DNA from: Bispira polyomma | Lineage: Eukaryota | DNA length: 64,000 nt | Direction of reading: 5' to 3' | Assembly (NCBI GenBank): GCA_965649765.1 | Contig: OZ287756.1 | Span: 48,732,001 to 48,796,000 of the forward strand | Shown here: positions 13,263 through 24,904 of the stretch, in pieces | Position numbering within the stretch: the first letter of the stretch is position 1 | How the letters are laid out: each line of letters starts with the position of its first letter | The notes under the pieces: model-generated | The model's input: the letters and a program-made list of their open reading frames with translations, nothing else | Database searches by the model: none | Told to the model about the DNA's origin: nothing | Made by a program: the position numbers and the translations under genes

Positions 13263-13500
13263 ACTCCTCCCTCCTTTTCTCCCTCCCTCCCTCCCTCTCT
13301 GCCTCATTCTCACCTCCCTCCCTCCCTCACTCCCTACCTTTCTACATCCCTCTCTCCCTCCCTCCCTCCTACCTTTCTGCCTCCCTACCTCCCATTCTTC
13401 CCTCCCTCCCTTATTCCTTCTCTACATACCTTCCTCTCTCACCCTTCACTCCCTCCCTCACTCCTTATTTTCCATTCAAGCTCCCTTCCTCACTCACTCC
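13263..13500 (+). repeat. (CCCT)n-rich polypyrimidine tract inside the Maverick
   Basis: Degenerate CCCT/CCTT repeats. Confidence 0.85.
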
Positions 13501-13519
13501 CATACTCTTTGCAATTGTG

Positions 13520-13840
13520 TCAACATAAATGCATATTATTATTTGACTCATTGGTAACACTGTTGGTAACACTGGTGGCAACACTGTTTGCAACAGTGGT
13601 GGTATAATTCCTTTGACATGAACATATTTCATGTCTTTTTAAACTGTCAGGTCTTGAAAATGCTTTTGAACAGATAGGACACTGAGACAGATTTACACTT
13701 TGATGTCTAAACTTGAAATGACCTTTGTCATGACATGCATGAACTTTTATAATCAGTGGTGGATGACGTCCCACATATTGAAGTCCCATATGTGGTGGTA
13801 GAGAAAAGGTTGATGTACATCTTCTGAACTTTATTTTCAA
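13520..13840 (-). pseudogene. Maverick accessory C2H2-type zinc-finger ORF remnant
   Basis: CPICSKAFSRPDSLKRHEICSC, followed by (S/T)V(A/T)(N/T) repeats. Confidence 0.55.
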
Positions 13841-14874
13841 ATTTTTTTTTTAAAACAATAACTACTTAACTAATAAGGAACACAAATGTTCAACCAAATT
13901 TATTAAATGAAATTTATTAAACAAAATTTCTTAAACCAAATTTAGTAAACCTTTTATTTTTTTTAAAACAATAGCTACTTAAACCAAAACATAAATTTTA
14001 AATAATAAACACTGTTTTTTGTATTATTTTTTTAAATTTTGTTTTGTATCATTAAATAAATTTTTTTAAAATACTACAACACAAAAACTTTTAATGCATT
14101 AAACAATAATCACTTAACTATTATAAACATCAATGGTTTTTTTTCCTACTTTCATTAAATTAAATTAAATCCGAAAAACTAAATGCTAAAATACTAAATG
14201 CTAAACTAAAATATTTGGTCCCCACAAACAATTTTTTTTAAATTGTCCACTATTAATTCATAAGCATTTCTATAAAGTTCTGGATTTGTCCATCATTGTA
14301 GTTTTCCAATCTGTTGACAATCTCTTCCATGGTATATCCAGCAAAGGTGTACAGAACAAACAATTGCAAACGGCAGTCGTTCTGGCTGTCTTGGTTGGGA
14401 TTTTTGAACCCTGGGCTCTTTAGATGTTCATTGTTAATAGTCCAGCACACTAACAGTTGGGCTGGGTTGGTGTAGCCTCAAAGGAGAGACTACTCACCCA
14501 GCAACACAATGGGAGGCGTGCTAGCCAGGACCTATTATTATTATTATTATTATAAAACAATTAAAAACACATCTGATATCATGGCTTCCTTTTTTATTTG
14601 TTTCTTTTTTAAACTTTAATTTTAGTGTCTTCAATCAAATCTTTATTATCAGTACATGTACTTTAGTATTCCATTTTCACTTTTCTGTTTCGTTAATCAC
14701 ATCTTTATTATTAGTACTTTTGTATTCTATTTTCTATTCTATTATATATAATTGCACACATTTCAGCTCCGGTTTTTTTCCTCTTTCTCTCTCCTTCCAC
14801 CTGGAGAGAACAGCCCAGATTCACGTGCTTACTCTGCTTTTATAGTTGTTGATGGTTAGCCTTTCTTTGGCTCC

Positions 14875-15216
14875 CTAAACCAGTACATGACACAATGTAC
14901 AATAGTATCCACAAGCCATTGAAAATGGACTTTGCAACTGAACATCATTGCAAGTACAATTTCTGGCAAAATGCTGAAAATGCATGAACTCTTTGAAGAG
15001 AGGTAGTAAACCATAGGAGTCGAAGTACAGCCCATCATCTTGCTCGTTGATACCAAGCACTACCCAGTGGGTTCCCTTTTTGTGAGAACAATCTGTGTTG
15101 CAGATAAATACACATCTTGTTTTTGGTGGTCTGAGTAGATCTCTGGCAAACACACCAACATCCCATTTTGAAGGCTTGAAAGTTTGTAGTAGATTTTGTA
15201 ATTCCATTGTTTTCAT
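14875..15216 (-). pseudogene. Adenain-like cysteine protease (Maverick PRO)
   Basis: GVFARD, FICNTD..KGTHWV (catalytic His), YFDSYG (Asp), QLQSPFSMACGYYC (Gln/Cys). The likely start is MKTMEL at 15216. Confidence 0.9.
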
Positions 15217-15219
15217 CTT

Positions 15220-16500
15220 ACAGAGTGAAATTGTAACAATGTCTCTGTAACGGTCACTTTCAATGGGGTTTTCAAATTCTCCAAACAAAACAATATTCAC
15301 ATTTTATGTTTAAGCTTTCTTAAACTGGAGCTCTAGAGCACCTGTGCCAGCTTTTTCAAGTTGACATAACCTCCCCCTTCTTCTAAATTGGGTGACAAAT
15401 CAAAGCATATCAATGTGTAACCCTTCTTATATTCTTCTCTGTGAATGTGATTCCCCTCGTCTCGATAGATGGTCCCCATGCCACAAAATAGAGTGATGTA
15501 GCAATTCATGTAGTCCTCTGTCTCGAAATCTGGTTGCAGTGCTTTGCCAGGAAATAGTGTTTCACCTACATTGAGCGCAATATGTTCCACATCAAAATGT
15601 TCAAACTGGAATGGATTCGTCTTGCAGGTTCCATTGATAGCATGGTTTTTAGAAATCCCAACACAATGCGTTCAGGAATTTGACCAGAATACAGGTTTTG
15701 TTCAGTGTGACTTCTGGTTCCTATTCCCACGGTAAAGGTCTTGCATTCTCCTCTGGTGATTGGATATTTAGCAGTTCCCAGTTCTAGAGCCTTTGCGTGA
15801 GCAGCCTGGATGACGGAGCTGATGTGTACTTTCTGATTATCATTTTAACACTTTCTAATTTCACACCTTGAAGTTGGCACCATCGGTTGGCCTGACAAGA
15901 CAGAATTTGTCCTTACTTCTGGTTAAACGTAACTTCATGGGGTAGTGATTCAGCAGGTAACGGTCTTGAAACATCAGGTCCAAGTGCAATTTTCCCATCA
16001 TGTCGATTAGGCGACTTCCTTTAGCCAAGTCCTTTTTTTGGTACCTCTTATTGGTGTCATCCAGGGAAAAGTTGTTGGTGTCTTTGTACCACATTGATGT
16101 AGTCAGTTGACTTTCTTTACTCTCTGTACCAAAACTTAGCAGAGACTTATATACGCTTTGTGAGGATAGGTGTTGCTGGAGCTGGTCACTAAAGTGTATT
16201 TCAACATGACATCTATCTGACTGAATAAGGCGTGCAGCCAAAAATTTCGTCAACTGCTATGTTGTTTGCTACATCGGCGAAAGCAACTAAAGGCTTACCG
16301 TCCGCTTTTACAATTTTGGCTTTGACGTGAATCAAACTGTTTTTCAGGTCAATGTATCTGATTCAGCTATTTTAAATTCAATGGTATCACTGCTGTCTTT
16401 CAGTGCTGTAACAGGACCATATTTGACCCATTTTCCCTCTTCAATGCTGGTCTGTATTAGGGGTATAGCAAACAAATCTAACTGAGTGTATCAGAGGCAT
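15220..16500 (-). pseudogene. Double-jelly-roll major capsid protein (PY/hexon-like), frameshifted
   Basis: Fragments QLDLFAIPLIQTSIEEGKWV, KESQLTTSMWYKDT, MGKLHLDLMFQDRYLLN..KLRLTRSK, GYTLICFDLSP, VLFGEFENPIE.DRYR are typical of Maverick MCP; several frameshifts. Confidence 0.88.
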
Positions 16501-16503
16501 GGT

Positions 16504-16863
16504 TTAGGAATATACATCTCTTCTTCTCCTTTTTCTGGGAGGTCCTCTCTCTTTGAACACTTTGGATGAAATGACGGGTCTTGCCTGAGGGGCGTCCCTT
16601 TTATCCCTTTCCAAGTAATCCTGTGCCAAAGCTACTCCTGCTGTCAAGGCCTTCTTGCCCAATGATTTTCCCAATGCAATGGCTCCATTTTTTAACAGAG
16701 GTGCGGCTACTCGAACAAGCCCTTTAAACAAGCTACCCAACCTGTGACCCCTCTGATATCTTAAGCCTTGAAATCCTCGCAGGCCGCTTCCAGCTTGACT
16801 TGTATAATATACATTGTACGCCTCCCGTGTAGAATTATTGCAGCAGTACTCTTTGTGCTTCAT
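16504..16863 (-). CDS. Maverick small basic core-like virion protein
   Basis: YYTSQAGSG...QRGH.LGSLFKGL...PLLK...GKKAL..G...RKRRRRDVYS. This conserved Maverick gene lies between penton and MCP and has QxGxG putative adenain sites. Confidence 0.7.
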   Translation of the reverse strand: MKHKEYCCNNSTREAYNVYYTSQAGSGLRGFQGLRYQRGHRLGSLFKGLVRVAAPLLKNGAIALGKSLGKKALTAGVALAQDYLERDKRDAPQARPVISSKVFKERGPPRKRRRRDVYS

Positions 16864-17599
16864 TTTTGATGAAAGTGTCACAAATGACTTCCCACCCACA
16901 AATGGAATGATTTCACCCGTGTCGTTCTTTATATTGATTTCCACCGACCCAAAGACTTTCCTCATCAATGGATAATAGGATACTTGATTGTATGATGTAG
17001 TGATAATATGTCCTTTCTGGATAGGAACTATTCTAAGAAGAGGAACTTTTGCATCTCCCACTGCCACAGGTTCCATCAAATCACAATAGATGTATAGATT
17101 GTGTGTGCTATCTTGAATGTCGGATGGGTACTCAGATTTTCTATCCCCGGGTATAAAGGGACCGGTTTTGGCAAAACGTAGAATTTCACTTAATCTTTTA
17201 GAAAGGGTTATTTTGGGCCCTGCCTGTGCGATATTAGCCGCATTATTATGTTCAGTTTCTAAGATCAGAAGTCTTTTTTTGCTTGAATTTAATGGTACTA
17301 AACCGCACGGTAAATGGTAGCTCTGCTTCCAACCTCCATTTTACCTTTTTGTTTAAGATTCTGATCAAGTCTTCCATGTTGTTGTAAATGCCTTCTGGAA
17401 TAGGAATTTGCGCGTCACTCACTTGGACGAATTGTTCTGAGGGAACATTATGCCATGTTTTTGTATACTAAATTTCCATAAGTCCCACTTCCCATTCACC
17501 AAACAATTTGTAGGGTTGAGCCAGGAGAACGATTTACTCTCCTGGAGTATTCCCCACATGCTTTGTATTACTCGGTAAGTATACATAGAAGTCTTTCAT
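16864..17599 (-). pseudogene. Minor capsid protein (penton, PX)
   Basis: N-term MKDFYVYLPSN...GEWEVGL.EI; C-term IYCDLMEP..VGDAKVPLLRIV...IEINIKNDTGE.IPF..GK..VTL; internal stops/frameshifts. Confidence 0.85.
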
Positions 17600-17679
17600 G
17601 TTGCAGTGTTCACATCAGTGTTTACAGCAGTGTTCACATTAAACTGAATGCATCATCAAAAGTGTAAGCCTTTTTATAC

Positions 17680-18097
17680 TTTCTCCCATTTATACTTCTT
17701 CAATTTTGGTTCCTTCTCTTGTGGTTCCAGCCCTGGTGATTCCAGCTCTGGTTTCAATTCTGGTTCCGTTTCTGGTTTCATTTCTGGTTCTATTTCTGGT
17801 TCCATCTCTGGTGACTAAAACTGAGGTCCAATTTCAAACAATTAGTCTGGAAAATGAGCTTCTTGTAGCTTTTGAGCAAAATAAGGCCAGCCAGTAGGCA
17901 TTTTTCATTTTTTTTAGCCGGGTCATTGACTGATTGTAAAGTTTCATTTTTTCTGAATGTTCCATATTTTCTAACAGGTCAAGCATTTCCTTTTCTAATC
18001 TGTCCATGGCTGTGGCGGCCATCCCTACTGGATTTACACAGGCCCTGCTACTTAACAAAGCTTTGGGAATAACAACCATTTCAATATATTTGTTCAT
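17680..18097 (-). pseudogene. Conserved Maverick hypothetical protein with a C-terminal 12-bp (TRNx) repeat
   Basis: MVVIPK...DRLEKEM.DLL...EKMKLYNQ pattern; 12-bp repeats at 17705-17810. Confidence 0.5.
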
Positions 18098-18441
18098 CGT
18101 TTGAATAATCCAATCATTTTTTCAGCAATGGGGGGAATAAGAGTCCCTAAAATAGGAGCTAGCAAGGCTGGCAAGAATCCCCCTGTTTGTAAGATATCCT
18201 TTTTTCTCATATTAGAGGTTTTTTTCTTCCTCAACACTCGCAGTTCTTCTTTGTACTTTCCTAGTTATTTTTCTTATCTGTTAATCTCAGTGGGAAATTT
18301 CCTTCAAATAGATTGTGAGCACACTCAACGAAACAGTTTAGGAGAGCTTTGTCTGCACCACGTATAATATATTTTGTTGCTTTGGAATCACCCTGGGCCA
18401 AAATCTGTAAAATATATTTATTCTTTTTTACATCAGACATG
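18096..18441 (-). pseudogene. Maverick small virion protein ending in a QTGGFLPALLAPILG amphipathic segment
   Basis: MSDVKKNKYILQIL...LLNCFVECAHNLFEGNFPL, then after a frameshift KKDILQTGGFLPALLAPILGTLIPPIAEKMIGLFKR*. Confidence 0.65.
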
Positions 18442-18499
18442 TTGACTGCATGACATTTGTCAGTAAAATGAAGAACAATACTGATATTCCCTTCTATTT

Positions 18500-19557
18500 T
18501 TACTGATATCTTGTGACATCTTTGGCAGGTATCCACGAGTCATACTTTGGTGGCCAGTGTAACCATCGTACCAAAATTTCTTTAAGGCCCTCTTTCAATT
18601 TTCGGCACTTTAGAATTTTTTCCACTTTATAATACTTGCTGACAACGGCTTTCTGTAACTCTTCTTCGTAGAAAGTTCCTTCAATGTATTTGCCTGCATA
18701 ATCATTCACTTTGTAAGTAGGATAGCAGTGAGACCAGTCTCTATTCACTATTTTAAAAAGTTGACAACTCCATCTCTGATCGTGTTCCCTACTAAATGTT
18801 TTTCTGCCATGTGATATTCTGACAAGATCCCCAACATTAAATTTAAACGTCTTTTTTCTTAAAATTTTTCTTTGATGGCTTAAGTTGTTTGTTGTCACTT
18901 TGGCTCGGGCCATTTTATAGAGTGATGTACACTCCAGTGGTAAGCATTGGTAATATTTTGCAACACATCCATGTACCTATGGGATTGTTTGTAAGTGAAG
19001 TATTTGTAAATCTTGCCTTTGATGGTCTTAATAGTTCTCTTAGCGTAATTTGCCTTGACTTCATTTGTGTCACAAAGTGTCAAACAGAATGCGTTTTAAA
19101 TAACTGCTGCATTTTATATCCTGTAAATTCGGCCCCTTTATCGGAGTGTATGGTTTTTGGTGTTCTTTCCCTGAAAACCAATGAGAAAGCACGAACAAAT
19201 TCATCTCCAGATTTGTTCTTTAAAGGTACTCTCCACACATACCTTGAAAATATATCTATGGCTAACAGAACAAAATGATCACATCATTATATTGGCCAAT
19301 TTTGCTCATATTCATTAGGTCAACATTCCACTGCTGATCTATACTCCCTGCAATGACTTTGTTTCTTTTAATAGTCATTTTATTAGTCTTGCATGTTTGT
19401 GCAATGTATAAGTCTCTTCCCCACTTAACCAGGATTTCACATCTGTTAGGGTTACGAATTGGACTTTTTTTATTGCAGCCTCATAAAGCTTTTGTGGCCT
19501 AGAAAAACTAGCAGGATGGGCATGATTAAAGTAAATTGAAGTAAAAAGTTTGTTCAT
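18500..19557 (-). pseudogene. Retroviral-type (RVE) integrase with C-terminal chromodomain, frameshifted
   Basis: YFNHAHPASFS..KLY...WLSGEETYTLHK; IHSDKGAEF; KANYAKRTIKTIK; FNVGDLVRIS; GTFYEEELQK; chromodomain YKVEKIL...LVRWLHWPPKYDSWIP. Confidence 0.92.
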
Positions 19558-19739
19558 TTTTCCTTTTTTATAGTGGGACTTGGCAGAGCATAGCCCAGAG
19601 ATGAATACAATATTGTCAATTAAATATCTCTACCTTGTTTGTTCAAAGATAAATTGACAATGCAGGCCAAGACCACAATAATAACCAAGATTATTTAAGC
19701 CACATATTTGATCAAAGATTTTTGACAGACATTATCCAT
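19557..19739 (-). pseudogene. Small hydrophobic Maverick ORF upstream of the integrase
   Basis: MDNVCQK...IILVIIVVLACIVNLSL...LYSSLGYALPSP with two in-frame stops. Confidence 0.45.
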
Positions 19740-20230
19740 CTTGCTTCTTTAAAGTTTGATCAGTAAATAACGGTGGCGGTTGTAGTGGGAAGTTATACAG
19801 GGGTTTTCAAAAAACAAAAACAAATAAAAAACATTTATTATCCTCTAGGATACACTAGGATACACCATTTACCAATAAATTCACAAAAACATCTATTTTC
19901 TGTCACTTTTTACAGAATGAAAATCGGTGCATGCATGGCCAAGATATATCTGTCTAAAGATTGGCATATCATTGACACATCATTGACACATCATTGACAT
20001 ATCACTTTTTGGCTCCTAGAAAATCCAAGATGGCGGCTGAGTGATAATAGAGTTATTTGTAAAATTTAGAACCTTTCATCTTTCGAGATTGCATCTTTCT
20101 TCTGCCCTTAGCAACCAGGGACATGCTAAACTTCAAACTGTCCCAAATCCGGGTTTCCAAAATCTCCCCAAATATTCCCGAAAATGCTCGGGGGATTTGA
20201 CATATTTTAGACAATAAGCAACCTCACCTG

Positions 20231-20288
<58 letters not shown>

Positions 20289-20489
20289 TATGTATTATAT
20301 ATCTACCTGATCTACCTATATCTACATATGTACCCCACCTGTCTGGTAATAGGATACCCCTGGTTGACGTTTAGTGTGAACCTACCCATTATGATAATAT
20401 GGCACCACCTGACCGGTAATAGGGTACCCCTAATAGGGTATCCCTGGCTGTCGTGTTGTGTACACCCAGACAAATTGTCATAAATTCAA

Positions 20490-20861
20490 ATATACATATA
20501 TATAATTTATATATCTAATACATACCTGCTTGTAGCCCTTGTCTTGTGTTTTCCAATGCTCTTTACAAAATCAAGATCACTCCACTAGTCAGTAGTCAAT
20601 GAGATATTCCCACAATCAATACATGTGTGAATACATGTGTCTTTGCACATCAATCACGCACATCGACAATACACATGCGATAATTTGTCGCAAATTTCCA
20701 TCTTCATACAAATCCCCACACTAATCCATGTGACAATTTGTCACACAGTTTGCGACAATATGTCGCATCACCATATCAACCAACCTAGCAACCAGGGTTG
20801 CCATAGCAACCAACACATAATTAGCAGGCTATTCAGGGCGTTTTGCTCTCTCTATACTACT
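20490..20861 (-). repeat. Maverick right TIR
   Basis: Inverted copy of 12057-12485; preceded by (TA)n at 20236-20286 and CACCTG-containing subterminal repeats. Confidence 0.9.
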
Positions 20862-23800
20862 TGCACATGTGCTGACAGCCTGTTTAGGGAAATCTAAATC
20901 AAATATGTCTTACGCCATTTTGAGCTTGCAGAACATACTGCTAGTATATTAGAAGTATGATTTAATTCTGATAAACACCTAAAATCTACAATGTCCTTTT
21001 AATTTCCAAGAGATAATCTAACATTTATGGTCCTTGTAAATGACAAAAAATTGCTATCTATTAGATAAAAAAAAACGACCCTGTTGTGTTACTTTAAGAA
21101 AGTGATTAAAATGAAGATATACTGATCTCCAACTAAATATTTACAAGCATAATTTTTAGCTTTTGTCACATCTTTTTCGATATGTTTCATTAAAACTTTA
21201 GAAAAACGTTCTGTGGCTTCGGTGAACAGGGACAGGTGTAGTTCTTAAATTGGCTCGACCTTTATGCAACCATTTTTTTTTCTTCCCATTGTAAGTGTAG
21301 TTCGTTGTACAAAAGTTTGTACATGTATTTATTCAGTGCAGTAAGGTTTTCCAGATTTGCAGTGGTTATAATGTGGTCATAATTGTAACTCTGTCATAAC
21401 TCTGTCTTAGAAAATTAAAAACTGCAGAGTATGGGAGCACCTGTAATCAAAACAACCTGGATAAATCGTCATAGAGGTGAAGTGTCATATTCTATATAAC
21501 TTGTTATAATAATTTAGAGGAATTCATACCTTAATAGATTATGATGCAACAAAAAGCACAGTGTTCACAATAAAAAAGCTTTTTCATAATATTTTTGTTA
21601 AATTTTTAGCTGCAGTAATTCCTGACTTATTAATAAATCCAACTGTCACACCCCAGCAAATAAAATGACTTTGAGGTCTACTTGAAGCTCCAGGGTGCGA
21701 TCTGAATGTAGTTAGTGTGCTGCCCCACTACTAGGTGTCTCCACTGATCGCTCCTAATACCCTAGATAAACAAGGATGGTCACTTGAATTCAAACTTAAA
21801 TATCTTAGCTATTTCTCAATAGATTTTTTTGAAATAAAAAGCACTGTGTTGGCAGCAAATACATCTTTCTGTCATATCCCTACAAGTAAAAAGATTTGGA
21901 GGTCTACTTGGAGGTCTATGGTGCGGTATATAATAAGTTTTTGCTAAAAAGTAGAGAATAATTTTTTATTTATATACATTTCTCACCATCACCTTTACTT
22001 TCCTCAAAAACCATATACCTTATGACCAACATAGGTTTTGGTAAATCACATTCACAAAGTAATAACAATATCTTCATTACCATTTTATTTGAATTGAATT
22101 TAGTGAAACCTATCACAAAGTACATAATAAAACTTTTCTGCTGATACCTAAAAGAAAATTTTAGGTAAAGTATTACAATATATGTAGATCAATTGATAGA
22201 TATTGATCAATTTTAATTTGATACTCCAATTAATCAAGTTACTGCACCCCTTACCACACCCATCTACGGTATGGTAAGAACTATCTCTTCTTAAACTCGG
22301 AGGCGATCACCTACCTCAATTCTAGGGTGATTAGGTGAAATTGCCCAAATCTCCTAATGGACAATATACAAGGTTGGGAGGAATTTCCTAAAATCTCCTA
22401 AATCTTGGGATGTGGCTCTAAAATCGCCTAAATCTTGGGTGGTAAAATGAACAATCCAATTTATTATTATATTTATTCTTCATTCAGGGTGTATTTTAAT
22501 CATAAATATTACAATAATACAAGTTACACAAATTCAGGCAACACACAGGGGCTGAGTCTTAAATAATCATGCAATGTATACATGAAACAAAATTAATAAT
22601 ATATATTTAATAATATATATTATTTAAACAATTTTTGTGCAAATCAAACTATATTCTTAACATTCACTTTAACATTAAAGGCAAATTAATAGCTCTTTAA
22701 GGATAATTCTGTAATACCAAACAATCATCTTACACGTGAACTTTAACATGAAAGTATAATTGGTAGTTGTTTAGCTTATTATAAGTATATGTATGTTAGT
22801 CAAAACTATGATTTTCAAAATGAAAGGATAATTCAACCTTACATAACTTCTTTAAAGGAGATTTTGTCAGTCAAATAATAGAAACCCATGAAACCGAAAT
22901 AAATGCATTTAACTTTATAACTGTAGGTTATACCAAATTATAAGTGTATACCCTGCATCAGCAATTTTAATCCCCTAATTGAATGAAGAATAAATATAAT
23001 AATAAATTGTATAGTTCATTTTATAAGAGTTAATTTTAAAGATAACTGCCAATATTTAGGCGATTTTAGAGCTACCTGCCAAAATTTAGCTTTGAGTTTT
23101 AAAAGGAACGCTCCCTCTACCACACCTCTCCAGCACTGCACCCCCTTCACCGCTACAGCATCCCTCCAATGCCCCTTGGAGCTTCAAGTTTTAGAAGGTG
23201 GTATTATAAACAGCTATTTAATAAAGCTATTTATGTTTTTCATGAAAATACTCTTATTATTATTATTTTTTACAGAATTAACGAATAGCAAGAATCTGAT
23301 GAATTGTTGGCAAAAAGTTATGGTGTAACCGCAATTAACCGTGGATCCTTATGTGTACTTGCTTTAGTATGTCCGTATGTCAAGAAGTACAAGAATAGAA
23401 TATGTGCACATCTTACATGATAAAATTAATACCTGAATCCATGGATACCTTATGTGGAGTGCATTTTAGGTTACTTTAATTTTAGTGTTTGATTCGTAGA
23501 CTTTATTGGTGCCTTTCTTCCTTTGTGACATAATTATTCTATTATCGCTCACATTGGATCTACAGTGAGTCTACTGGTGCGTTCAAAACACCAGTGTATT
23601 GAAAAACAAAAAAAAAAAAAACACGGCGACGGAGATTTTTGGAGATAAGGTAGGTGTCAATATAACAATTGATCATTGAAACAGTGGGTATCTCTTTGTA
23701 ATAATGTCTGTTCATACACACTTTTGGAAATGCAGACATATTTACATAATTTTGTTTTAATTTAACCCTATACTGTTTATGGACAATTTCATAACTAATA

Positions 23801-24904
23801 ATAAGCATTTAAAATTTGATGCCTGATTTACAAGAGTCAGCCCAATTATAGCAGATAATTGCTTGTGTTTGCTTCATATTTAAAGTTTTATTTTCAATCA
23901 TTTTTAGTTGGTGCAAGGGGTATTGAGGAGCATTTGAATCCAATGATCAGCGTTTTAAATTTGTGTCAAACATTCAAAACAGCAATTTTTATTAGTATAA
24001 ATTTTCAACTAGAAAATAGAAATATTGTTAGTATAATTAATCAAGAGTAATATAAACCAAATTGTATATTAAAATCCATATACAGTCAAACCCCTTTAAG
24101 TAGAACTCTTAAGTCATTTCTCTCTTGTGTGGAGACAAATTTTTAATCCAATAAAGGCCTTTTCCTGTAAAATTTACCCTATTAAGTGGAAATCCTGCTT
24201 AAGTAGAGGTATTTTCCCTGGTTCCTTAAGGTTTGACTTTAAGGGGTTCAACTCTAGTACTTCAAGGTACTATTGAGTTTAGTTAGCTACTATGCACTTG
24301 CTAAGTCTTCAATATACCATGCACCAACCGTACATGTTGGGCACTGATTGGTACTTCGGTATTATTTGGTCTACCACCACTAAAAGTCATTCCAGTGAAT
24401 TACCGGTCCCATCAAGTGCCAGTCGTGTAAGGTTTTTCACCCTGTGTGTTTATGGATAAGTATCTTTTATTCTATCTGCAAAATAGCCCTAAATAGACAT
24501 AGGCTTATATGAAACTAAGGTATATTACAAATATTTTAAGCACCCAATCTAGCCGAGATTGCATCTATAATACTTTGAATTTTAGAAATTGGGATTATAT
24601 GCCATTTCTGTACCAGCCACAGAAATATTGCATGATGACAACCTTGTCATTGTAAATACAGTAAATCTTTATTACCTGAATACATTGAGAGATCTGTTTA
24701 GACAATAAAATTATCATAAAATAGAAGAGGTACTTTAGTCATAAAAGAGTAGAAAACTATAATTTTGAATGAGTGAATTTGAGTTCATAAAAATCAAACA
24801 TTTGGATAACAGGATTTCAGATACTAGAGATTGTACTGTTGCTTTAATTGTTATTAAAACAGCTATTCTACATAAAGGTCAGTCTGCTAAATTTTGTAGC
24901 GGCC

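Larger units (their letters stand above)
12057..20861 (-). mobile_element. Maverick/Polinton (adintovirus-like endogenous virus), decayed and lacking pPolB
   Basis: Ends AGTAGTATAGAG...CTCTATACTACT; perfect 6-bp TSD TGCACA (12051-12056, 20862-20867); long TIRs; integrase, penton, MCP, adenain and ATPase remnants all on the minus strand. Confidence 0.95.

Noticed and set aside
13245-13607. 120-aa Pro/Ser/Leu ORF
   Set aside because: Translation of a (CCCT)n tract, antisense to the Maverick genes
14875-15300. N-terminally extended adenain
   Set aside because: The first about 28 residues are the MCP C-terminus brought in frame by decay
16504-17079. Penton-core protein fusion as a novel gene
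   Set aside because: Best explained by a small lesion removing the penton stop in a heavily decayed element
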